A DNA stretch of 32,000 nt from Synechococcus elongatus PCC 6301. Lineage in GTDB: Bacteria; Cyanobacteriota; Cyanobacteriia; Synechococcales; Synechococcaceae. The notes beneath the pieces were generated by a model. The model was not told the origin of the DNA, made no database searches, and saw nothing but the letters and a program-made list of their open reading frames with translations. Position numbers and translations under genes: made by a program. The stretch lies in assembly GCF_000010065.1 (NCBI RefSeq), contig NC_006576.1, forward strand, positions 90,001 through 122,000. The letters are read 5' to 3'. Below, piece after piece: positions 24,603 through 32,000 of the stretch (the first letter of the stretch is position 1; every line of letters begins with the position of its first letter).

Positions 24603-26039
24603 ATGGCGCGATCGCGAAGCGAATATGTATGTCAAAACTGCGGCCATCGTGCACCGCGTTACGTCGGCCGCTGTCCCGCCTGCGAAAGCTGGAATAGCCT
24701 CGTGGAGGAAGCAATCGCGCCAACGGCTAAGACGGCGATCGCGACCGTCTTACCTTCCCGACAACGCCGCGATCGCTTAGCTGAAGCCCCACCCCAAGCG
24801 GTTGCTGCCCAGCCCCTCAGTGCGATCGCGGATGTCAGTCAGCAGCGGATTGCCTCAGGTTCTGGCGAGTTCGATCGGGTTCTCGGTGGGGGGTTAGTGC
24901 CGGGTTCTTTGGTGTTGATTGGTGGTGATCCGGGCATTGGTAAATCAACACTGCTGCTGCAGACCGCCACGGCTCTCTCCCAACAGCAGCCAATTCTCTA
25001 CGTCTGTGCCGAGGAATCGGGTCAGCAGGTCAAGCTGCGCTGGCAGCGGATTGCAGCCCACCGATCGCCCAATCAGGCGGATCAGCAGTTCTATTTACTG
25101 CCGGAAATCGACCTGGATGCGATCGTGGCGGAACTGGAGACTCTGCGTCCCCCTGTTGCCATCATCGACAGTATCCAAGCGCTCTACAGCCCAGCCCTCG
25201 GGTCTGCGCCGGGCTCCGTCGCCCAAGTGCGGGAATGCACGGCGGCCCTGATGCGCGTGGCGAAGCAACTGACAATCACCTTGCTGATCGTCGGTCATGT
25301 CACCAAAGACGGCGCCATCGCGGGGCCTAAGGTGTTGGAACACCTCGTCGATACGGTGCTTTACTTCGAGGGTGATCGCTTTGCCAGTCACCGACTGCCG
25401 CGATCGGTCAAGAACCGCTTTGGAGCGTCTCAGGAACTGGGCATCTTTGAGATGGTCGATCGCGGTCTGGAAGAGGTCGGTAATCCCTCAGCGCTGTTCC
25501 TGGGCAGTCGTGATCAAGCAACTAGTGGTACAGCTACGATCGTCGCCTGCGAGGGCACCAGGCCGCTGCTAGTCGAGCTGCAAGCCCTCGTTAGTCCCAG
25601 TAGCTATAGTTCACCGCGCCGTGCTGGTACGGGAATTGAGTACAACCGCTTGCTGCAAATTTTGGCGGTCTTAGAAAAACGCTTGGGTTTGCCGCTGTCA
25701 AAATTCGATGCCTACGTCGCCTCGGCTGGCGGGCTGAATGTGGCTGAACCCGCTGCGGATTTGGGAATTGCGATCGCTCTTGTCGCCAGTTTCCGCGATC
25801 GCTGCCTGCGGCCCGATACGGTACTGATTGGTGAAATCGGCTTAGGGGGACAAATGCGCCCTGTCAGTCAGGTTGAACTGCGCCTCAAGGAGGCTGCCAA
25901 GCTCGGCTTTCAACGAGCGCTCTTACCCAAGGGACAGGAGCGCTGCGAGTCGGATCTGGAACTGGTGCCGGTCAGCCGCTTGGTTGATGCGATCGGTCTA
26001 GCGCTGCAAGAAGCCCCCCCGAGCAGCGATCGTTCTTAG
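24603..26039 (+). CDS. radA: DNA repair protein RadA/Sms
   Basis: 478-aa ORF with an N-terminal zinc ribbon (CQNCGHRAPRYVGRCPACESWNS), Walker A GGDPGIGKST, the KNRFG motif (VKNRFGAS) and a Lon-like C-terminal domain. Confidence 0.95.
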   Translation: MARSRSEYVCQNCGHRAPRYVGRCPACESWNSLVEEAIAPTAKTAIATVLPSRQRRDRLAEAPPQAVAAQPLSAIADVSQQRIASGSGEFDRVLGGGLVPGSLVLIGGDPGIGKSTLLLQTATALSQQQPILYVCAEESGQQVKLRWQRIAAHRSPNQADQQFYLLPEIDLDAIVAELETLRPPVAIIDSIQALYSPALGSAPGSVAQVRECTAALMRVAKQLTITLLIVGHVTKDGAIAGPKVLEHLVDTVLYFEGDRFASHRLPRSVKNRFGASQELGIFEMVDRGLEEVGNPSALFLGSRDQATSGTATIVACEGTRPLLVELQALVSPSSYSSPRRAGTGIEYNRLLQILAVLEKRLGLPLSKFDAYVASAGGLNVAEPAADLGIAIALVASFRDRCLRPDTVLIGEIGLGGQMRPVSQVELRLKEAAKLGFQRALLPKGQERCESDLELVPVSRLVDAIGLALQEAPPSSDRS

Positions 26040-26497
26040 AAACGAGATTCAGCCGGTTCTTCTAGCAGTTGGGTCCGGACCGTGGCGCTGAAGCCCGATG
26101 CTTTGAATTGCTTAAGTTGCAGTGGTTCTGGTTGGCTGGCCGGAACGCTGATCCGAATTTCGAAAGGATGATCGCCCGGCGGCACTTCCTCAACCTCACC
26201 TAAGCGCGTGCGATTTTGCATCACTGAGTCGCCGTTCGCGTCGTAGACCCGACCGTAGATATCGACGTCGTAGACGGTTTTGTTGCTGGGGTTGTTGAGC
26301 GTGCCCACCACCAAGTAGCAGGTGGCTGGGCGACTACTACCGCCACTGGTGACAGCTCCTGAATTGAGTTCAGCCGGGCACTGTTGATAGTCAACGGTGG
26401 TGACATTGAGCTGAGTGATAGCCAACGCTGGGCCCGCGCCGAAAATCAGACCGCCAATCAGTACGAGCAAGAGACTGAGCGATCGCCAGATTTTCAT
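26036..26497 (-). CDS. Exported protein of unknown function
   Basis: 153-aa ORF with a signal peptide (MKIWRSLSLLLVLIGGLIFGAGPALA) and a beta-rich mature part. Its stop codon overlaps the radA stop (TTAG shared, 26036-26039). Its ATG lies 42 nt downstream of the stop of the PstB-like gene, so the two are probably co-transcribed. Confidence 0.65.
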   Translation of the reverse strand: MKIWRSLSLLLVLIGGLIFGAGPALAITQLNVTTVDYQQCPAELNSGAVTSGGSSRPATCYLVVGTLNNPSNKTVYDVDIYGRVYDANGDSVMQNRTRLGEVEEVPPGDHPFEIRISVPASQPEPLQLKQFKASGFSATVRTQLLEEPAESRF

Positions 26498-26539
26498 AGT
26501 GATTTCCTTCGCAAGCAGCTTTTCTATTATTGCGACGCT

Positions 26540-27340
26540 TTAGCGTCGACCACAGACAAAGTCATCGGTGATCGGATGCTGGGGCTGGCGAAAGATTTGG
26601 CTGGTCGGTGCAAACTCAATTAGCTTGGTCACGGGCAGTTTCTGTTCGTCGATCAGGACAGGATGGAGCAGGGCTGTGTAGGTGGCGCAGCGTCCGGCTT
26701 GGGCCAAATTGTTGGTGATCAGAAGGATAGTGTGGCGATCGCAGAGCCGCAGCAGCAGTTCTTCAAAGGCAAGGGTCGCTGCTGAATCCAGTGGCAGACA
26801 GGGCTCATCGAGGAGCAGAATGTCAGGTTCCATGGCGGTCGCCCTGGCCAGACAGAGGCGGAGTTGGGTCTCTGGTGAACAATGGCGGGCCGCTTGCTGG
26901 AGGTCTAAATTTTCTGGCAGTTCAACAATGGTCAACACCTCCCGCACCAGCGCTTCCAGATTGCCGCGATAGCCCTGTAAACGAGCAGGTAGGACGATGT
27001 TGTCATAGAGACTACCGGCGATCGGGGTCGCAGGCCCACGAATCAGGGCCAGTTGACAGCGCAAACTTTCAACATTGACTTGGCGATCGCGCAGATTGCG
27101 ATCGCGTAGCCAAATTTGACCGCTTACCCGCAGCTCTGGCTGGAGGTCACTCAGTCGGTTCAGACAGCGCAGCAGCAGGGTTTTACCACAGCCAGAAGGG
27201 CCGACGATCGCAGTGATGGTCTGCTGAGGAAATTCGCAGCTGATCTGATGCAACAGACAGTGATCGCCATGCTCAACCGTCAACCCCTGCAGGCGGAGTG
27301 CGGGGTCAGTGAAACGGGGCGGCGGCGGTAAAAACTCCAT
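26540..27340 (-). CDS. PstB-like ABC-type ATPase with degenerate catalytic motifs, no adjacent permease
   Basis: 266-aa ORF. Walker A GPSGCGKT (res 47-54) and Walker B ILLLDEP (174-180) are intact and the overall layout is PstB-like. Arg101 sits at the Q-loop position (LIRGPATP vs FQKPNPF). The signature is CSPETQ (154-159) instead of LSGGQQ. The H-loop reads ILLITNN (Asn210) instead of ...THN. Confidence 0.8.
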   Translation of the reverse strand: MEFLPPPPRFTDPALRLQGLTVEHGDHCLLHQISCEFPQQTITAIVGPSGCGKTLLLRCLNRLSDLQPELRVSGQIWLRDRNLRDRQVNVESLRCQLALIRGPATPIAGSLYDNIVLPARLQGYRGNLEALVREVLTIVELPENLDLQQAARHCSPETQLRLCLARATAMEPDILLLDEPCLPLDSAATLAFEELLLRLCDRHTILLITNNLAQAGRCATYTALLHPVLIDEQKLPVTKLIEFAPTSQIFRQPQHPITDDFVCGRR

Positions 27341-27404
27341 GGTGCTTAGTGTAGGGGAGAGTCAGTCCGCTAAGATCCTGTGCGGTTCACCTGGGGAATG
27401 AGGC

Positions 27405-28472
27405 ATGCGCTGGAGTGAGTTTCTGCAACACCTGGAGGCCAAAACTGGCCCCTGTACCGCCAAGGCGATCGCAGGCGATCCAGAACTACACGGAGTCGCG
27501 GCCATCAACGAGGCGCAATCAGGACAGGTGAGCTTTCTCGATCAGGAGAGCGGCCTACAGGACTGGATTGAGCAAACAGCGGCCAGTGCTTTGATCTTGC
27601 CACCGGATCCAGCCTTACAGGCCCGTGCTGAGGCTCGCAATCTCCCTTGGATGACGACAGCTCAGCCACGCTTGGCGTTTGCTGCTGCGATCGCAGTCTT
27701 TTATCAACCCTTTCGGCCGGTAGCGGGCATTCATCCCAGCGCCGTTATTGATCCCAGCGCCCAGTTGGGCGATCGCGTCAGTGTCGGTGCCCATGTGGTG
27801 ATTGGCGCGAACTGCGTGATCGGCAATGACGTCATCCTGCATGCCAATGTTGTCCTCTATCCCGGCGTCAGCCTCGGCGATCGCTGCCAGATCCATGCCA
27901 ACAGCACGATTCATGAGCGCAGCCAAATCGGGCAAGACTGCGTGATCCACAGCGGTGCAGTCATCGGAGCAGAAGGCTTTGGCTTTGTGCCCACCGCCAG
28001 CGGCTGGTTCAAGATGGAGCAGTCCGGCATCGTTGTGCTGGAAGATGGCGTTGAAGTCGGGTGCAACAGTGCGATCGATCGCCCTGCAGTTGGCGAAACT
28101 CGGATTGGTGCTCAAACCAAGCTCGATAACCTTGTCCATATTGGCCATGGCTGCCAGATTGGCAAAGCCTGCGCTATGGCAGCCCAAGTCGGCCTCGCTG
28201 GGGGAGTGGAAGTCGGTGACCGCGTCATTCTGGCGGGACAGGTGGGCGTTGCTAACCGCGTCAAGATTGGCGATCGCGCGATCGCATCCTCAAAATCCGG
28301 CATCCACGGTGAAATCGAAGCCGGGGCGATTGTTTCGGGCTATCCAGCCATCCCCAATCGGCAATGGCTTAAAACCTCAGCTGTCTACAATCGCTTGCCT
28401 GAGCTCTACCGCAGCCTCCGCAACCTAATACGGCGCGTGGAAGTGCTGGAACAGGATCGCCCCAGTTCCTAG
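27405..28472 (+). CDS. lpxD: UDP-3-O-acylglucosamine N-acyltransferase
   Basis: 355-aa ORF with a long run of hexapeptide (left-handed beta-helix) repeats ([44 protein letters not shown]...) and the GFG(F) / HIGHGCQIG catalytic-His context typical of LpxD. Confidence 0.9.
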   Translation: MRWSEFLQHLEAKTGPCTAKAIAGDPELHGVAAINEAQSGQVSFLDQESGLQDWIEQTAASALILPPDPALQARAEARNLPWMTTAQPRLAFAAAIAVFYQPFRPVAGIHPSAVIDPSAQLGDRVSVGAHVVIGANCVIGNDVILHANVVLYPGVSLGDRCQIHANSTIHERSQIGQDCVIHSGAVIGAEGFGFVPTASGWFKMEQSGIVVLEDGVEVGCNSAIDRPAVGETRIGAQTKLDNLVHIGHGCQIGKACAMAAQVGLAGGVEVGDRVILAGQVGVANRVKIGDRAIASSKSGIHGEIEAGAIVSGYPAIPNRQWLKTSAVYNRLPELYRSLRNLIRRVEVLEQDRPSS

Positions 28473-28491
28473 CGGCAGCCAAGCCTCAGAC

Positions 28492-29454
28492 TCAAGCGCT
28501 CATTGCCAGCATCCGCTCGATTGGGCGAAGGGCTGCCAGGCGGGTTTCTTCTGGAATCTGAATTTCCGGCCGGCGATCGCGCATACAGAGATAGAGTTTC
28601 TCGAGCGTGTTCAGCCGCATGAACGGGCATTCATTGCAGGCGCAGGTAGTGTCTTGGGGAGGGGCAGGAATAAACGTCTTCTCCGGCGCCGCTTGCTGCA
28701 TCTGGTGGATGATGCCCGGCTCGGTGACGACGATGAACTCGCGGCTGGGACTGTTGAGGCTGTAGTTTAGCAATGCTGTCGTCGAGCCGATGAAGCGAGC
28801 CTGATCAAGAACCGGCGTTTCGCATTCGGGGTGCGCGATGATTTCGGCGTCGGGATGCCGCGCTTGCAGTTCCAGCAGGCGTTGTTCTGAAAAGGTCTCG
28901 TGGACAATACAACTGCCATCCCAGAGCACCAAATCACGGCCTGTTTGCTGCATGACGTAGCGACCCAAGTTGCGATCGGGGGCAAAGATAATCGGCTGAT
29001 CCACAGGAATCTGCTGAACAATCTTCACCGCATTGGAACTGGTGCAGATGATGTCGCTAAGCGCCTTAATCTCGGCGGTGCAGTTGATGTAGGAAATAAC
29101 GATGTGATTGGGATGAGCGGCCTTAAACGCGGCAAATGCCTCGGGTGGGCAGCTATCGGCTAAGGAGCAACCTGCGGCCAGGTCCGGCAGCAACACTTGT
29201 CGCTGTGGGTTGAGAATTTTCGCCGTCTCGGCCATGAAATGGACGCCGGCAAAGACGATCACATCGGCGTCCGCTGCTGCGGCTTGGCGCGACAGACCGA
29301 GTGAATCACCAATGTAGTCCGCCACATCTTGAATCGCCGCTTCTTGGTAGTAGTGCGCCAAGATAACCGCATTCAGCTCTTGCTTGAGCGCCGCGATCGC
29401 GGCAGGTAAGTCGGCAGGAAGATCAGTGGTGGGACGATCAGCAGCGAGGAACAC
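28492..29454 (-). CDS. nadA: Quinolinate synthase A
   Basis: 320-aa ORF with a GTG start. It contains [41 protein letters not shown] and CACNECPFM (Fe-S ligand Cys contexts). Confidence 0.95.
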
Positions 29455-29489
29455 AGGCAGATCTCAGCAGGGTCGAAGATGCTTCGATC

Positions 29490-30308
29490 CTAGCTAGCAT
29501 TGCCGCGATAAATCCGCTGTTGTTGTTCAGGGGCCAACCAACCGCGACTGGAGTAGTTGGCGGGTGGAGCCGCCACAGCCGCGATCACAGGCTCCGGCTC
29601 TGGTGGAGCAACGGCCACTTCTTCGGTCAGGGGGACGACACAACGACCGAGAATGGCTTTCTCCTGGCTGCCGGGCAAACGCACTGGACATTCATCAATG
29701 CCTGTGTCATCACTGCTGGTACGGCTAATCTGCAAGACCTCGCCGCTTTCAACTTCATAAATCCAGCCAAAAATCTGCAGCTTGCCTTGGAAAAGGCGCG
29801 ATCGCACGATCGGGTAGGTCTTAAGGTTCTCGATCTGCGTCAGCACATTCTCGGCGACCAGAAACTCTACCAAGTCGTCAGTCTCATAACCGCTGTAGTT
29901 ATCCAAGACTAGGCGGCGGGTGGCTTGGGCATGCTGCAGCCAGTCATAGACCAGCGGCATGTCCTCTTGCAGCTGATTGAGCTTGAGCAGCCCTTTCATC
30001 GCACCGCAGTGCGAGTGACCGCAGACCACAACATGCTCAATGTTCAAAGCTGCGATCGCGTATTCGATCGATGCCCCTTCACCACCGTTGGCGGCACCGA
30101 AGGGCGGGATCAGATTGCCAGCGTTGCGAATGACGAACAGCTCACCCATGCCCGACTGGGTAATGAGGTTAGGGTCAATGCGCGAGTCTGAGCAGGTAAT
30201 GAACAGGACTCGAGGGTGCTGACCTTTGGCAAACTGCTCGAACAGGTCCCGATGAGACGGGTAGTAGGACGTACGGAAATGCCGTAACCCCTCGATGAGC
30301 TTGCGCAT
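29490..30308 (-). CDS. icfA: Beta-class carbonic anhydrase, carboxysomal (IcfA/CcaA)
   Basis: 272-aa ORF with the beta-CA zinc ligands in CSDSR and HSHCGA. The extended C-terminal tail and the length match the S. elongatus carboxysomal carbonic anhydrase as I recall it. Confidence 0.95.
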   Translation of the reverse strand: MRKLIEGLRHFRTSYYPSHRDLFEQFAKGQHPRVLFITCSDSRIDPNLITQSGMGELFVIRNAGNLIPPFGAANGGEGASIEYAIAALNIEHVVVCGHSHCGAMKGLLKLNQLQEDMPLVYDWLQHAQATRRLVLDNYSGYETDDLVEFLVAENVLTQIENLKTYPIVRSRLFQGKLQIFGWIYEVESGEVLQISRTSSDDTGIDECPVRLPGSQEKAILGRCVVPLTEEVAVAPPEPEPVIAAVAAPPANYSSRGWLAPEQQQRIYRGNAS

Positions 30309-30454
30309 GCCAGTGATACTCGGGACTGAGAAGCATTATCGCGGAGAAGCGATCGCCCGCCTACAAGCTTTGCAAAATCCGATGGAGTCGATAAGTGCAG
30401 ACAATCCCTCAGCTGGGTAGGCTAAGGCCACAGAGATTCCCTGAGGAGTGCAGC

Positions 30455-30874
30455 ATGCGAGTTTTGAGTGGGGCAGCAGTGGTCAGCGCCATCAGCGTGA
30501 TCGGAGTCCCTGTCGCAGTCATGGCTCAGCCAGCCCCTAGCAGTCTCTACGGCACAACGCTGATCTATCTCACTTGCGTCAACCTCAATAACGGCACGAT
30601 TACCCGTCAGGATCTCTCCAGTCTGAGCGATCGCCAATACAATGCGCTGCTGCCAATTTGTAACTCTCTACAAGATGGCAAGATTACGCCTGAAGAAACG
30701 GTGGCAATCCAGACTCGACTCAAGCAGGAAAGCAGGCAAATCAATCAGGATGTTGCTCAACAACTCCAAAGCCAGCCCTACTTACAAGGAGCGCAAATTG
30801 ATCTGCAGTCGGTTGAAACTATCAACCAAATTAACTCGATTTTCAATACAACTTTTACACCCGCTCCTTTTTAG
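30455..30874 (+). CDS. Exported protein of unknown function (Gln/Asn-rich C-terminal half)
   Basis: From the internal ATG at 30455 the translation is MRVLSGAAVVSAISVIGVPVAVMAQPAP (signal peptide). I recognise no domain. The 20 upstream codons in the track ORF are unlikely to be translated. Confidence 0.55.
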   Translation: MRVLSGAAVVSAISVIGVPVAVMAQPAPSSLYGTTLIYLTCVNLNNGTITRQDLSSLSDRQYNALLPICNSLQDGKITPEETVAIQTRLKQESRQINQDVAQQLQSQPYLQGAQIDLQSVETINQINSIFNTTFTPAPF

Positions 30875-30979
30875 CGAGACGCCATACAGCAAAGCACTAG
30901 GCGCGATCGCTGCAGGCTACTCCACAGCTTGGATCACTACCCACAGGATTTGGAGAACAGCCCCTATCTAGGCGAAGAG

Positions 30980-32000
30980 ATGTTGAAACTTACTGTCGCT
31001 AACACTGTGACGGCACTGATTCAAGGTGACATCAGCGAACACTATTCTATTCGTCAGATTCCTCTGCAAGGGGAGGTGATTGGCCTAGGCACCACCACCG
31101 AAATTGATAACGGCGAGCTCTGTTTCTTGCCAGAAGGGGATGCCACCACTATCTACAAAGGGGAACCGCAAACGGGAGCAGCAATTTTTCAGGATCCGAG
31201 TTCAGAGCTGATTCATTTCCCCTATGTCTGCTTCACCAGTAATGGCGCTGGACTGGGGATCTCTGTTGACGCCGCTAGCCTGCCGCCGGTTGAAGCAGGG
31301 CTGCAAGCTATGGTTGCCGCTGCGATCGCTCAGATCGATTCCCCAGCCGATTACTTTGGTATCCGTCTGCAAGCCCACTGGCAAGCCTTGGTAGTGACAG
31401 TTGCTGCCAAGCTCTGTCTCTGGCAACGGGGGCGGTTGCTGCGCGATCGCCAAGAGGACAATGTCTACGAGAGCCTCAAGCACTTTTACTTTGCCGAACA
31501 GTCAGGTGACCCGCTCCATCATTTCCTTGGGCCTGCCCCCGTCTGGAATCTCAGTGGCTTTTATGCGCGCCATCCTGAAACGGGGCTTGTGACTGTACCG
31601 CAGGCGAATGCTCACCTTCACATTCACGGTTGCTCAAGCGATTTGCGCTTCGCAGGGCACATCCACCATGAACATCCCAATACGAGACTGAGATTGATTC
31701 AAGGGTTGATCCTCTATCCGATTGCAGCTGTCGAGGTGCTGAAGGCTGACTTGGCAGTGATAGATCTCCGTATCGAGGAGGATTTACTACGATTCACGAT
31801 TGCCAACCAAGGCCGAATGGATGTTAGTGATGCGGATGTGGTGATCGTGGTTAACAACAGCTATCGGGGGCATCGTGCCCTGCGCTTACCCTGGTTAGCC
31901 CAAGGCGATCGTGAAGACGTGGCCTATCCGATTGCTGGGTTGCCGTTACAGGCAGGCACAAACTTGATTGAAGTGATTGCCAATCCTGATCAAACCATTC
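30980..32000 (+). CDS. Alpha-acetolactate-decarboxylase-like domain protein with a C-terminal CARDB-like extension (3' end outside window)
   Basis: This frame is absent from the track because it has no stop before the window end. By manual translation it is open from 30875, with the first ATG at 30980. TVTALIQGDISEHYSIRQIPLQGEVIGLGTTTEIDNGELCF parallels the ALDC N-terminus (..SALL.G.Y.G..T..EL...GDFGLGT...LDGEL). GFYARHPETG...AHLHIHGCSSDLRFAGHIHH parallels the ALDC Zn-site H-x-H...D...GGH. The tail LRFTIANQGRMDVSDADVVIVVNN looks CARDB-like. Confidence 0.55.
   Translation, partial: MLKLTVANTVTALIQGDISEHYSIRQIPLQGEVIGLGTTTEIDNGELCFLPEGDATTIYKGEPQTGAAIFQDPSSELIHFPYVCFTSNGAGLGISVDAASLPPVEAGLQAMVAAAIAQIDSPADYFGIRLQAHWQALVVTVAAKLCLWQRGRLLRDRQEDNVYESLKHFYFAEQSGDPLHHFLGPAPVWNLSGFYARHPETGLVTVPQANAHLHIHGCSSDLRFAGHIHHEHPNTRLRLIQGLILYPIAAVEVLKADLAVIDLRIEEDLLRFTIANQGRMDVSDADVVIVVNNSYRGHRALRLPWLAQGDREDVAYPIAGLPLQAGTNLIEVIANPDQTI

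Larger units (their letters stand above)
1..32000. repeat. Dispersed HIP1 octamer palindrome GCGATCGC (highly iterated palindrome 1), present throughout
   Basis: GCGATCGC recurs every few hundred bp in coding and non-coding DNA. I counted about 14 copies in the first 3.2 kb, for example near 204, 432, 664, 1346, 1550, 1763, 1863 and 2005. It is clearly sparser in 8040-8690, 11743-12200 and 13150-13700. HIP1 abundance is a hallmark of many cyanobacterial genomes, including Synechococcus elongatus. Confidence 0.95.

Noticed and set aside
1-32000. Search for CRISPR arrays, tRNA/rRNA genes, IS elements, integrases, toxin-antitoxin pairs and restriction-modification or other defence operons
   Set aside because: I found no regularly spaced direct repeats, no cloverleaf-like or rRNA-like segments in the intergenic regions, and no transposase-, integrase- or methyltransferase-like translations in any listed ORF. 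The only repeat family seen is the 8-bp HIP1 palindrome.

Overview
The window looks like chromosomal DNA from a Synechococcus elongatus-type cyanobacterium (PCC 7942 / PCC 6301 lineage). Three things support this. The HIP1 octamer GCGATCGC is scattered throughout. Most of the DNA is G+C-rich. Several translated proteins match ones I recognise from that organism: IcfA/CcaA carbonic anhydrase, IrpA, cytochrome c6 and RpaB. I call about 34 protein genes and no rRNA, tRNA, CRISPR array, transposase or integrase. Most of the window is housekeeping: a U32-family Fe-S protein, ribE, a GT4 glycosyltransferase, petJ, ycf34, tsaB, the plsX-fabH-fabD-plsC lipid cluster, rpaB, radA, lpxD, nadA and icfA. 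It also contains the known iron-starvation locus: an SLH/OprB porin divergent from irpA and a DUF1111 di-haem gene (irpB-like). I do not see a convincing new multi-gene system such as a defence island. The observations most worth a second look are: (1) the DUF1111/irpB-like gene is split into two frames; (2) a second conserved membrane-protein gene is also split by a frame change; (3) an orphan PstB-like ABC ATPase keeps Walker A/B but has substituted Q-loop, signature and H-loop residues; (4) two A+T-rich, HIP1-poor islets carry a 4-His cytochrome-b-like membrane protein, a PD-(D/E)xK-motif protein, a His-rich exported protein, a truncated GHL10-like exported protein and a P-loop kinase; (5) a 30-codon Cys-rich ORF lies between a divergent B12/radical-SAM gene and the U32 gene; (6) an acetolactate-decarboxylase-like domain is fused to a CARDB-like C-terminal region at the window end. 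All functional calls come from reading motifs by eye. No database search was run.
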